A stretch of DNA of 63,764 nucleotides, the filler included, from Chiloscyllium plagiosum (taxonomy: Eukaryota), in NCBI RefSeq assembly GCF_004010195.1. It is 8 parts of 8 records of this genome, joined end to end, with 100 filler letters (N's around TTAATTAATTAA, not from the genome) between each part and the next. Parts side by side here need not be neighbours in the genome. Positions count along the whole stretch, not along the records: positions 48,096 to 52,217 come from NW_025194465.1; positions 52,318 to 57,704 come from NW_025208377.1; positions 57,805 to 61,001 come from NW_025206463.1; positions 61,102 to 62,636 come from NW_025160401.1; 4 more parts are not named here. One strand, 5' to 3'. This document shows, piece after piece, positions 49,616-62,171 of the stretch. Both the position numbers and the translations under genes were made by a program. Position 1 is the stretch's first letter, and every line of letters starts with the position of its first letter. The notes beneath the pieces were generated by a model. The model saw only the letters and a list, made by a program, of their open reading frames with translations, was not told the origin of the DNA and did not search any database.

Positions 49616-49921
49616 CTGGACATGGCATTACTTTGCTTTTGTGTGACCCGCGGTGTTGAATCTCACAGGAGATTTTGCTGGGGTAATCTACCGCTGACCC
49701 GGGCAGGGTTAACTGGCTGCTCAGGGTGTAGGTTCCCTTCTTGTTTCTCACTGATGGGTAAGTCTTCAATCCAGTCGTGATCAGCTCCCCTCCTTTCTTC
49801 CAGTTTACCTTGGTGACGTCATGGCAATAGTCCATCGCCAAACAACCAAAGATCACAGAACCGGTGTTGTGCTCCTGACAGGAGGAGACCAGGCCATAAA
49901 GCGTGGGGGGAGACGGTATCT
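49616..49921 (-). CDS. IGHM: IgM heavy-chain CH1 exon (open frame, splice donor mutated)
   Basis: [59 protein letters not shown] matches shark C-mu1. TTGTAG acceptor; the donor reads GGACGT. Confidence 0.9.
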
Positions 49922-50259
49922 CTACAATAGAATGACCAATTGAGCATGTTAGTTTCTGTTAATTCGACCTTATCAGTTACTCAAATGTACCATCAGCTGT
50001 AAACGTTTGCCAGTATGCTCCCGCTGAGTCTTCAGCATAACTGGGGTTTATTTTTGTTTCCTACCAGTTGCTGATCATGATCATTGGTTCCCTCTTTAGA
50101 AACATGCCCTCGACCTTGACCATTACCACATAATTTAGGAAAAACATCCTGATCCCACACCAGTAACTGAAGATCTCACCAACTGACACTTTCACTGAAT
50201 TGCTGTGAAGAGCAGAGACGTTTCACAAAATACAAACCAAGGAAATCCAGATTCATCGA

Positions 50260-50577
50260 AATTCTACAGTGTGTGCAAACAGGCCATTTGGCCCAACAAG
50301 TCCACACCCACCCTCTGAAAAGTAACGCATCCAGATCCATTCCCCTACCCTATTATGCTACAGTTAACCCTGTCTAATGCACCTAAACTCCCAATCACTG
50401 AACACAACATTTGCAATTCCCCCAGCTTGCACATCTTTGGACTGTTGGAGGAAATGCACAAAGACATGGGGAGAAAGTGCCAACTCCACACAGACAGTCA
50501 CCCGAGGCTGGAATGGAACCCGAGTCCCTCGCACTGTGAGGCAGCAGCGCTAACCACGGAACCAGCGTGCGGCCCCA
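50260..50577 (-). mobile_element. HE1-like SINE
   Basis: Reverse-complement SINE head (GTGGTTAGCGCTGCTGCCTCACAG) and 3' core. Confidence 0.8.
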
Positions 50578-50640
50578 CTAGGTACCGTGCTGCTGGAAAT
50601 ACCCAACAGCTGTCAGTACCCCCGGAGAGAAATCAGAGTG

Positions 50641-50940
50641 AATCATAGAACATAGAACATTACAGTGCAGTAAAGGCCCTTCGGCCCTCGATGTTACGCT
50701 GCCCTGTCATACTAATCTGAAGCCCATGCCAGCTACACTATCCCATGTCCGTCCATATGTTTGTCCAAAGACGACTTAAATGTACTTAAGCTTGGCGAAT
50801 CTACTACCGTTACAGGCAAAGCATTCCATACCCTTATTACTCAATGAGTAAAGAAACTACCGCTGACATCTGTCTTATACCTATCTCCCCTCACTTTAAA
50901 GTTGTGTCCCCTCGTGTTTGCAGTCCCCATACTTGGAAAT
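50641..50940 (-). mobile_element. CR1 3' end fragment
   Basis: (CATAGAA)n tail followed by CR1 3' UTR sequence. Confidence 0.65.
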
Positions 50941-51409
50941 CAGGTCCAGTGAGCCTTCCTCACTTATCAATGTAAGGCGGAATGTTCTCTCTGGGAGGAA
51001 GGTCACTGCAGCAGCAGCACAGGCAGTAGCTGAGAACTGGGACGGGGAGGATGGCTGTTACGGCTGAACTCATGCCAATTGGCTGGAAGTTGAAACATCT
51101 AATTTACAATTATCTGAAGTCTGGAGGCCTCTGAAAAATGGAGGACCATTAAGGTTCAGAGACTTTGGAGTGTTATAGCTGAGTATTTACGTAAATATGA
51201 TTTGAGAAATGAACAAGTAATCTTTAACTTTAGTAACTATCAAGCTGACACGCAGTTCACCACCAAACCTCATCTTTCAGACTAACCACTGCACTTACTC
51301 TGTCTAGACCTAAATTCCCACTCACATTGACAAACCCTACCCTGCTATACACCCATTCATGCCTGGAACACACAACCCCTATCACACGAAACACATCAGA
51401 GGCAATCCA

Positions 51410-52076
51410 TATTGGTAGTGTAGCTGAGCAGAGAGATCTCGGTGTCCACGTACATAGATTCCTAAAAGTTGCCAGCCAGTTTGATAGAGTTGTTAAGAAG
51501 GCATACTTTGTGTTGGCTTTTATCGATAGAGGGACTGAGTTTCAGAACCAAGACGTTAGGCTGCAGATGTACAAAACTCTGGTGTGGCCGCACTTGGAGT
51601 ATTGTGTACTGTTCTGGTCACCACATTATAGAAAGAATGTGGCAGCTTTGGAAGACTTCAGAGGAGGTTTACCAAGATGTTGTTTGGTATGGCGGGAAGG
51701 TTTAATTAGGAAAGGATGAGGGACTTGAGGCTGTCTTTATTTGAGAGAAGAAGGTTGAGAGGTGACTTAATTGAGGCATAAAAGAGGGTGGACAGTGAAA
51801 GTCTTTTTCCTTGAATAGTGATGGCTCGCAGGAGAGGACACAGATAACAAATGTCAGAGGTTGTTTCTTTACTCAGAGAGTAGTAGGGGCATGGAACGCA
51901 CTGCCTGCAACAATAGTACACTTGCCAACTTAAGGGCATTTAAAAGGTCATTGGATAAACATATGGATGAAAATGGAATAGTGTAAGATAGATACGCTTC
52001 AGATTGGTTCCACAGGTCAGCGCAACATCGAGGGCTGAAGGGCCTGGACTGCACTGTAATGTTCTATATTCTATAT
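51410..52076 (+). mobile_element. CR1 LINE, 3' part
   Basis: ORF 51327-51719 (EQRDLGVHVH..PHLEYCVLFWSP); (TTCTATA)n tail. Confidence 0.85.
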
Positions 52077-53910
52077 TCCAGATGGACATATGATCTCAAT
52101 TCCTTTCACTGATTTACACTGCTGCCCCCCTGCACCTGGTCCATGGTGAATCTGGCCCTGACTGAACCTGGCACCATCATTTTCACAAAAGCCCACTACC
52201 CAAGACATGACCTCAGCNNNNNNNNNNNNNNNNNNNNNNNNNNNNNNNNNNNNNNNNNNNNTTAATTAATTAANNNNNNNNNNNNNNNNNNNNNNNNNNN
52301 NNNNNNNNNNNNNNNNNGTTCGTGTGATATTGTATACATGCTGATCAATGAGGTTTAAAAATAACTAATTAAGCTGCCTCTGTCATCGTATGTTTGTAAT
52401 TCTGAAAATGGGAAAATAATGATATTAATATTTATCTCTGTGCACTTATGTGCCTGTGTGAGTTGACATGTGGGAGGACATTTTTCAGAATTTGTATCTG
52501 TGTTCATGTGTGTATGTCTGTACGTATTGTGCTGTATATGCATTCATGCCCATTTGTGTGTTACCATGTGTCTATGTTTCTCATGGTTATGTGTGAGTAC
52601 CCCTGTTCATTTGTGCAAATGATTTTCTTTCGGTGTATGTGAGTTTTTGTATGAGCTTAGGTGAGTGTTCAAGTACCACTTGCATGTGTGGCTCTATGCG
52701 AGTATGTGTGTGTGACATCTTATCTATATGCACATTGAAGTGTGCACATAAATATGTGTCTTTAGGTGAGAGCCCATATATGTGTCATTACGTGTGTATT
52801 TGCGATCATCTCTCTGCATCTGTTCTTATACCAGACTGCAATTTTTATTATTCTAATTTATTGTTCTAATTTTAATGGATTGCCCATAATTAGATTTGAC
52901 CTTGGTGGAGAGATACGCGTTTTATGAGCAACTTTCTGTTGCAGTGATAGAATTTCTGTCTCTGAGAGAAAAGGCGTGAGTTCAAATCCCACTGATAACA
53001 TTTCTGAATATGTTTATTAGAAAATTTCTACTTGTGTTCTGTATGTGAAACAAAATGATATCAGGTATTCGAATACCAGAATTGATCCCATGTGCTCCAG
53101 GAAACTGAGACAAAACTATGGAATCCAAACCGGGACGATGCAAACACCAGTTTTCGATAATGGGAATCAATGTTAATCATTTGTTAACAGAGCCAAGCAT
53201 GTCCAACATGCTTCAAAGGTATTGTTTTGCATGGAAATGTTAAATCTTTGGACAGTAAGCAAGAAGCTGACTGTTCCTGTTAGTAACTGGGTTACATTAC
53301 AGAGGACATCTACCATGAAAACTCTGCACATGGAGCAAGAGGACAGACCATTCAACGTTCCTCTCCCCTCTGCTCCACGACAACTTATCTGTCGATTCTC
53401 TTTGGTGTGAACGTGAAGATACATTCTGTCAACTCATGCGCTGGTGCAAGATCCCTGGAAGTTCCCCAGAAACAAAGGTTACATTCAAACTGTTCTGCAC
53501 TCTTTACGATTGGTATGTTCCAATCAAATTTAATTTTAAAATGTCTTAAATTTACATTTCCAATTGGTGCAATGTGGCAGTTTAAAACTGACATGAATTT
53601 TGTAAGAATGTCCAATCGGGGGAATCAAGAACACCAAGTTCAAAACTTGTGCCCTACCCTTGACATAAAATGGACATTGTCAGATTTTGTCACAGAGGGA
53701 TTTAGGATGGATAAGGTACTTGGCAGACTCCTGCAATGAGTGAGCCTTACTCTGTCTCTGATCCAGAGTGTATCTGAGCAGAGAACATTAACTGCACAAG
53801 ACATTCGTCCTAGACCTGTTAATAATCCACTTTAACTACACAGATGCAATGTAAGTCAGAGTGAGAAACAATTGATTCAGTATTTAACTCACAACTGGAG
53901 GAAAAAAAAC

Positions 53911-53916
53911 TTTATT
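53911..53916 (-). promoter_or_regulatory. Polyadenylation signal of secretory IgM mRNA
   Basis: AATAAA on the minus strand about 40 nt after the stop codon. Confidence 0.7.
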
Positions 53917-53954
53917 ACTTTTCTGTTGAATTATTAAATGCAACTTTGAGATTT

Positions 53955-54346
53955 TTATTGACATGAATTAACAGTGTCCATCAGTGCAAGTGAAATGTTT
54001 ACAAAACTCGGTTTACCGCTGGATTTATCGACTGTTCTGTTGATGATCTTCAATGGAATCGCTTCATGTCCCACCACACAGGAGTAAGAAGCACCGCTGG
54101 CCCACTCCTCCGCTGTAATGGATAACAGGCTGTAGATGAAGAAGGAAGTGTTGTCACTCTCCGCCATCACCTCGGTGTTCTTGTAGTTACTGGGATTCAC
54201 CGGCTTGTCATTGTTTGTCCACTTGACGAACATCTCTCGGGGGGAGAAACCTCTCACTAAACAGGTGAGGGAGAGAAACCGTTGAGCGGAGATTTCTTCT
54301 GTTGGTGGCAGGAGGACCGAAACTGATGGCTCCAGCGGATTAATCA
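53955..54346 (-). CDS. IGHM: IgM CH4 exon with secretory tailpiece
   Basis: ..[55 protein letters not shown]|[20 protein letters not shown]. Penultimate Cys, NIS sequon, internal G|GTAAAC donor (54016) for TM splicing. Confidence 0.95.
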
Positions 54347-54627
54347 CTGCAGAATATAGAAGACAAATATAAATCAACCAAAAAAATCCTGAACCAATAT
54401 CACAATTTCACTAAATATTAAAATACGCCATGTTTAATTTGAGATTTATTCACTTTTTTTTTGTAAAGGAGCAGTATGTTACACATTCTGTTCAGTAAAA
54501 AAAGAAAGTTTAATGTGAAAGTTGTCTCCATGTTTCCAGCCCACAACGAGGACATTCTGTCCATTTGTCATTGCTGATGGTGACGTCACAACCCAGGCTT
54601 CTTCCCACCTTATCTGACTTAATCAGA

Positions 54628-54847
54628 TCAGTAGAAATGTCTAATTTGCTGATCACGCTGTCGGGATTCTGTCCAGGCTGCTCAGCAATCTCTGATTTCA
54701 GAGGCTTCTTTTCTTGTTTCCAGGTCACATTGACTCCAGAAGGAAGATTGGACACAACGCAGGTTACCGTCACCGTCGCCTCCAGTAAGACTTGTTCTAC
54801 TGGTGGTGGGAGGGTTTTAACGGTGTTAGGGTGGCACTCGGTATCTT
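54628..54847 (-). pseudogene. IGHM: IgM CH3 exon, 3'-truncated
   Basis: [73 protein letters not shown], then homology stops. The second domain Cys and the normal donor are missing; read-through stop at 54510. Confidence 0.85.
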
Positions 54848-56799
54848 CTATGAAACAAAAATCAAAGTCAATGAAAAATGCCCCTTTATGATATAAACAC
54901 CCAATCTTCAGATTACTTCTTCACAGGGTGAAGACATCACCTTCAAAATGGCAACTCCAACTATTACTGAAACGATGCTTACTATTGTTGATGTATTTTG
55001 ATCTGTGAAACATTTGTGATGACCTATGACATACCCTGTGTAATTATTCCTAAAGAACACTGGCTTTGTAACAAGTGAAACCTGGGAAAAAAGTAAAATC
55101 ATCGAAGATCATGTAACCCATGGAATGACCATTCTTTCGGAGTTTGTCTCTCACTTAAGACCATCTATTGATACTTGTGACAAGAGTAATCTGAATATAA
55201 TGAGTTCATTTCCATGTTCATAACCCTTAGGTGCAAGTGCTGCTGGTCACACTGACTGCCAAATCACATCCCAAATTTTGGACAAATTATAATAAATAAT
55301 AATTATTCTCTTTGCAGAGTTCTAAAGTGTTACAGGAGCGGTGAACAGCCATGGAAATTCTGTTCATTATATTTAACGTGATCAAAAATACTTTGCGTTA
55401 TTGGTGTGATGTCATTCTCTAAGTTATGTCATTGTTCCTTGTGGGCTGTGTTTGGAGTAGATCTGAAAACAAGACATTGAGTACAGCATTGGATATCAAG
55501 AAGGACACCCATCTCCTTAAGTCTTTCCCTCTATTCAGTTAGTTCAGAACTGGTCTGTACTTTCACTTTATTTACCAAGCTGCATTTTTTAATTTCTTCA
55601 TAGAGCAGGGGAGAAAAAAAACAAACAAAAGCGTCTTAAATTAATCTACAAACGCGATGGAAATGCACACTAATTTTATAGACATCCACTACTCACCGTG
55701 TAAACATCGCCACCCCAAACCAGGCTAAATCAGCATGTCTCGAGTTCCTAGTTCATTCATCCCTATTGTAGCATTCTTACCAGAATTTGTTCTCCTGCCG
55801 CATCCACTAATTACAGAGAGCATCTTAAAGCAGCTCAGTGAGATCACGTTTATCCCAGTTCATCAAATGTGATACCCACTTGGTCTGTGGTCTGATCCCA
55901 TAAATGAAGTTAAAGAGCTCAGTATCAGATAAAAATTGATGTTGTACAATGTCCAAAGCCAACAGGTCATTCCTGAGCAGGGAATGAAGCATTGAACGCA
56001 TATTGATTTATTTTCAAGTAAGGGTCACTGCATATTTTAACCACGTCATTTTGAGACCCCAACATCATAAGATAGAGGATCAGAATAAGGCTGTTAGCCA
56101 ATCCAGAGTTTAGATCAGAATGATGCTGGAAAAGCACAGCAGGTCAGGCAGCATCCGATGAGCAGGAAAATCGATGTTTCGGTCTAAAGCCATTCTCCTA
56201 CCTTCTCCCCGTACTAAACAAGAGCCGATCTCTTTCTGGCTTGAGTACACACAATGGCCTGGCCTCCAATGCCCTCTGCAGCAACAAGTTCCACAGACTC
56301 ATCACCCTCTGGGTGAAGAAATTCCTCCCCATCTCAGTTCTAAACGGTGCCCCTTTGACCTGGAGACTGTGCCCTTGGGTCCTAGTCTCGCCTACCAGTC
56401 AAAACATCTATTCCACGTTCACTCGACCTCAGTTTCTCAGTATTTTCTAGTTTCAATCTATCCAATATCCCCCTCCACTCCCAAACTTATCCTTGAAGCG
56501 GCTATTAGGCAAGGATTCAGCACTCTGAATGCCTCTCCCAGCATGGTCAGGCAACAAACTATTTAACAAAGCTCACTGTCTACATATCTATCTTCAACAG
56601 AGAGGAAACATGCTTTTCTGACTTGCCAAAATGTTGAATTATGAGCAATGCTAATGTAACACTCAAACTGAAATGAGATACGTGGCATGTTGGGAAACGA
56701 GAAGCTGTACTGTGCTGTTTACTACGCCTGATAAATTCATGTGTTTGATTCACATCAGAGTTCAGAATGATTTGTACTCTCTCCGCCTGTGTCTCTTAC

Positions 56800-57111
56800 C
56801 CTGGAGTGCGGTGATGTTTTTACTTTGAATGTTCTCTCCATGAGTGACCTGGCAGGTATAAACTGCGCTGTTGAACCATTCACCATAAGGGACCATCAGC
56901 CGACTCGTCACCGAGAAGTTCCCGTTCGCCTCACACACGGGAGACGTGAAGAAGCCAGAATCCAAGGGTCGGCCATTTTTCAACCAACTCACGGAGATTG
57001 ACTTCGGACGGAACTCGATGATTGAACAGACAACGGTTGCAAACTTGCTGCTTGCGATTTCTTCACTGGAGCTCACAGTTAGGAGAAGGGTTGGTTGGAG
57101 AATATCTGGAC
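56800..57111 (-). CDS. IGHM: IgM CH2 exon (intact)
   Basis: [68 protein letters not shown]; AG acceptor and G|GTAAGA donor; 312 nt. Confidence 0.95.
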
Positions 57112-57819
57112 CTTTAGGAAACACATCGCATACATTATCCGACGAATTTCATAACAAATAAATCAGTTCTCATATATCATGGTTTCTTGTGATTCATGGA
57201 TACAAGAATCATAATTGTGCAGAGTGCTGGAGAAGCTGGGATCCATACAGAAAGATAAGCAGGACAAATGTGAAAGGCTAAATTTAGAGGACACAGCAAG
57301 GGAGTCAAGGAGGCACAGAAACAACAGGCCGGTAACATCAGAAGAAAGATAGCAACGTTGGATGGTATTCGTTTTAATGACAGAATATGATGAACAAGGC
57401 AGACGAATTACTGGCATAAATGAAGAAATGATGCCGTTGCTATCATGGAGACATATTGAGAGCCTGGCAGGAGTGGCTATTCAATATTCCAGGATTTAGT
57501 GCCTTCAGGCGAGACAGGGAAAGATGGAAAATGATGGGGGCGGGGGTGAGCGGTACAGAATGTTGCGTCTGTCGCAATTCTGACAAGAGTATTTTAGGCT
57601 GTAAAGAGAAATGAAATCATGGATACCTCCTCGAACAAATGCAAATGGACAGTACTTCAAAACCAAAACACAGCAAACATAACTACTGGGAGAGCACGAT
57701 AGACNNNNNNNNNNNNNNNNNNNNNNNNNNNNNNNNNNNNNNNNNNNNTTAATTAATTAANNNNNNNNNNNNNNNNNNNNNNNNNNNNNNNNNNNNNNNN
57801 NNNNGGACATGCATCCTTG

Positions 57820-58100
57820 GATATTTAGTTCCCAGCCCGGATCCCCTTACAGCCATGTCTCTGTGATACCCACAACATCGTTCCTGCCAGTTTCAATCTG
57901 CACGACAAGCTCATTGTGTATATTGTGTGCATTAAAGTACAACACCCTCAGTCCTGCATTGACTGCCCTCCTTCCCATCATTGTCCCCTTATCTGCTGTG
58001 CGTGACATTTGATTCCTGATCCTTTCCACACTCTCTGTCCTTTTACATCTTCTAGAATCTTGAATAATCTCTCCTGAGCCCTCCTCCACTTTAACTAGTT
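57820..58100 (-). mobile_element. CR1 endonuclease-region fragment
   Basis: ORF 57847-58089 (LRVLYFNA..DVVGITETWL) is the APE domain start. Confidence 0.7.
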
Positions 58101-58569
58101 TAAATTCCTTCGAAACTCAATTTACCTTGATTTGTGACATCATTTTCCTACCTTACGCGGGTTGCTTTGTGCATTTAGACACAAAGTCTTTACGTTTGAT
58201 CTATTATTGATTTTCCCTGTACTTTTATGATCCCTTTAATATTCAAAAATTCTGCCCCTTCCTTTTATTTTCTGGTCACAATCAATCCCATCACTAACCA
58301 GTAATCCTACCTTCTTCTTTATCTTCCATTTTCTCATTTTCCATCCAACTGAACCAAATTACTTTCTCTTTGGGTTGAGTTCAGGACAATATTTATCCTT
58401 GAACCAAAATCATGAAGAATGCTCTTTGATCTCATTGCGTCCAGTGGGATCTTGCTGTGTAGAAATTGTCTGCCCCTTCCCTGAAATTGCAACAGTGACT
58501 GGTTTTCAAACAAAATGTAAATGTTTTGGGAGAGCCTGAGGTGCTGAGGGTTTGATTGAAACACAATTA

Positions 58570-59256
58570 GATAGAGTCATAGAGTCAGAGAGATATACAC
58601 CACAGAAACAGACCCTTCTGTCCAACTCATCCATGCTGACCAGATAACCTAATTTAATCTAGTCCCATTTGTCAGCATTTGGCCCATATCCTTCCAAACG
58701 CTTCCTATTCATATACCCATACAAAAGCCTTTTAAATGTTATCATACCAGCCTCCACCACTTCCTCTGGCAGCTCATTCCAAAAATGTACCACCCTCGGC
58801 AGGAATACGTTATGCCTTAGTTCCCATTTAAATCGTTCTCCTGATACTTTCCATCTATGCCGTCTAGTTCTGGACTTCTTCACTCTGACCAAAATATCTT
58901 CTTGTTTCACTTGATCAATGCCCCTCATGATGTTAGAAACCACGATATGGTCATCCCCCAGCCTCCAGCGATCCAGGGAAAATAGTCTCAGCCTATTCAG
59001 CCTGTCCCGATCACTCCAACCCTCCAACTTGGCAACATCCTTGGAAATCTTTTCTGAACCATTTTAAGGTTCCCAACATTTTTCCTACAGCAGGGAGGCC
59101 AGAATTCCACACAGTATTCCAAAAGGGGCCAAACTAATGTCCTATACAGGTACAACAGCTCCTAACTCCAATACTCAATGCACTGCCCAATAAAGGAAAG
59201 CAAACCAAATGGCTTTGACACCCCCCTACCTACCTGCAACTCCACTTTCAAGGAAC
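58570..59256 (-). mobile_element. CR1 (HER1-like) LINE, 3' part
   Basis: ORF 58659-59027 and a CTATGACT tail. Confidence 0.85.
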
Positions 59257-59359
59257 TAATCTTTTTTGGGAGGAACTGGGAGTCTTTCAGTTGTGCTTTT
59301 TCTAATCACCCTGTTCAGAAACAAACTTCTTGCTTTCACTCTCAGCTAAAAATAAGATA

Positions 59360-59670
59360 AAGGAGGTGATGATTTAATGGCACTCTTGCTGAGCTGTTCA
59401 TCCAGAGATCCAGATTAATGTTCTGGGTGCCAGGGTTAGATGGTGGAATGTGAATTCAATTTTAAAAATCTGTAATTAAGAGTCTAATGATGACCATGAA
59501 ACAACTGTTGATTGTCAGGAAAAAGCCATCTGATTCCCTTTAGGGAAGGAAACTGCCATCCTTACCATGTGACTCCAGACCCACAGCAATGTGGTTGACT
59601 CGAAACTGCCCTCTGGGTGATTAGGGATGGGCAATAAATGCTGATCCTATCAGTAACACTCACATCCCAA
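59360..59670 (+). mobile_element. Second SINE-like repeat family, decayed
   Basis: tggtggaat.tgaattcaat..gatgaccatgaaac..ctttagggaaggaaactgcc..gtgactccagacccacagcaatgtggttgactc..agggatgggcaataaatgc resembles a common elasmobranch SINE. Confidence 0.5.
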
Positions 59671-59817
59671 GAAGCACTTTGAACAATGCCTGTTTATTCA
59701 TGGGGTTTGTTAGGTATTGGCTACAAATGTTCAAACGGATTGTTTTGCCAGTGAATATTCAGAGAGTTAAAATCCCTTTGAAAGGCAGGGATTAAAATTG
59801 TTTCTTTTGTCTTTCAG

Positions 59818-60146
59818 GCCATGAGAACTCTCAGCCCAAGCTGACCCTGCTGCCACCCTCCCCAGAGCAGGTCAATGCCAAGGGCACTGACACCCTGGTG
59901 TGCCTTGCCAATCACTTCTATCCCGATGAGCTGGAGGTGCAGTGGAAGAAGGATGGTGTAGTCATTTCGGACGGGGTTCAGACCAGCAACTACCTGCGAG
60001 CTTCGGACAGCACCTACAGTGTCAGCAGTCTGCTGACTCTCTCTGAGTCTGACTGGGAGTCCAACGCTCGATTCTTCTGTGCCCTCACCCACGTGACCCT
60101 CCCCTCTCCCCTCAGCAAGAGCATCAGGAGATCAGAATGTGTGTAG
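59818..60146 (+). CDS. IGKC: Ig light-chain constant exon, kappa (type III/NS4-like), intact
   Basis: TTTCAG acceptor; HENSQPKLTLLPPSPEQVNAKGTDTLVCLANHFYPDE..GVQTSNYLRASDSTYS..CALTHVTL..RSECV*; AATAAA at 60800. Confidence 0.9.
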
Positions 60147-60352
60147 AGTGTTGGAGACAGTCCACAGAGGAGACACAACTTTAAATAGAACAGGGCTGAG
60201 CTGGCAGGACAAAGGTCATTGTCAGCACTGACTTTCAACTCTCTTCCTTCTCAGGACTGGCTCAGAGACATTTCTGAGGTTCAGGGGTTATGGAAGTTCA
60301 TTGGGACACTGTAGATGGAGCTTTACACTGTGTCAAACCCCATGCTGTCCCT

Positions 60353-60601
60353 GTTCTGGGAGTGTTTCATGGGGACAGAGTTGACTTGTGATGCCAAGCT
60401 AAATCTCTGGAAGTTGCTGAAGACTGTCAACTGTACAAAACAATGTGAACCTCAGAAGTCTCTGCTTCAGTAAAACAGAGTTCTGGGAGTGTTTCATGGG
60501 GACAGAGTTGACTTGTGATGCCAAGCAAAATCTCTGGAGGTTGCTGAAGACTGTCAACTATACAAAACAATGTGAACCTCAGAAGTCTCTGCTTCAGTAA
60601 A
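60353..60601. repeat. 127-bp tandem duplication in the kappa C 3' UTR
   Basis: GTTCTGGGAGTGTTTCATGGGGACAGAG...CTCTGCTTCAGTAAA occurs twice; single copy in the paralog. Confidence 0.9.
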
Positions 60602-62171
60602 CCAGATCTCCTTCCTTCTCGGCCGCCAGTTCCAATTTAAGGTTTTTTCACTGTTTGAAGGGACAGGATTCTCATGTTATTGAGAAAATCTCCCCAAGTG
60701 TTTTTCTCAAGCTCCATTGTGGCTGTAAATTGGTGCAGCTTCCTCTGTCTGGGCTATTAATTGCTGACTGTTTTCTGTCAATATCAATCTGGAAAAGGGA
60801 ATAAAGATGAAGAAGATTCAGTCTCTGTCTCGTGTGTGCTTTGGGAATGGCCCGAGCTGAAGCCTCAGGGAAAGGGTGTATGAAGTGAAACCCACCACCC
60901 TCAAGGCCCGGAACACGATGGGGAGAATAGAGAGGACAGTGGGGTCCCGGGAGCAGGAGAGAAATACTACAGTTAGGGCCAGAAGGGGCACTTTCAGCAG
61001 GNNNNNNNNNNNNNNNNNNNNNNNNNNNNNNNNNNNNNNNNNNNNTTAATTAATTAANNNNNNNNNNNNNNNNNNNNNNNNNNNNNNNNNNNNNNNNNNN
61101 NTTACAGGCAACACTGAGTAACATACACACTCAGCGAGACAGGCAGCATTGAGTAACATGCTCACACTCTATGCTGCCTGGAGGTGTCTCTTTGAATAAC
61201 ACACCCACACTCAGAGTGACATCGACAGGCAGCATTATGTAGTACACTCGCACACAGAGACACAGCCTGCAGTGACAGCGATTGGCCTAAGATCATTTCA
61301 GGTACTATCCAGCATGCAGCAGAGAGTGGACAGTGCAATCCCAGCAACTGGGCCTGGACCAACAGAGTGAAGGGTTATGCCTAAGATTGTAATCATTGAG
61401 TCCCAACAGATTTCAGTTTCTGTTCTGGTTGGAATCTTGTAACCTCCACAGATTCCAGATCGAAGAGATCATTTGAAAGTGATTGATGATTGGCTGTCAG
61501 TCTTTACAACAACAGATGTTTTATTGATTGACAGGCCAAGCAGCCAATTGTGACAACGTCATGCTGAAATACAGCCAATCAGCTGAACGGAGTGGTCCAT
61601 TTCCAAAGCACACAGAGACAGAGACTGCATCTTCTTCATCTTTATTCCCTTTTCCAGATTGACATTGACAGAAAACAAACTGCAATTAACAGCCCAGACA
61701 GAGGAAGCTGCTCAAATTCACAGCCACAATGAGCTTGAGGAAAACACTTGTGGAGATTTTCTCAATGACATGAGAATCTTGTCCCTTTAAACAGTGATAA
61801 AAACCTTAAATTGGAGCTGGTGACTGAGCAGGAAGGAGATCTGGTTGACTGAAGCAGAAACTTCTGAGGTTCACATTGTTTTGTACAGCTGACAATCTTC
61901 AGCAACTTGTCGAGATTTTACTTGTCATCATAAATCACCCCTGTTCCTATCAAACACTCACAGGACAAGGACAGCATGAGATTTGACACACTGTAAAGCT
62001 CTCTCTACACTGTCCCAATGACCTGCCTGAACTCCTGAACCTCAGAAATGTCTCCGAGGAGTTCTGAGAAGGAAAAGAATTGAAATTTAATGCTCACAAT
62101 GATCTTTGTCCTGCCAGCTCAACCCTGTCCTATTTAACGTTGTGTCTCCTCTGTGGACTGTCTCAAACACT

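Noticed and set aside
52318-53900. IgM transmembrane exons downstream of CH4
   Set aside because: No TM-like exon recognised; 52440-52810 is only decayed GT-rich low-complexity sequence.
54603-54612. Cryptic donor AAG|GTGGGA that might rescue the truncated CH3
   Set aside because: It is phase 0 whereas the CH4 acceptor is phase 1, so splicing would frameshift CH4.
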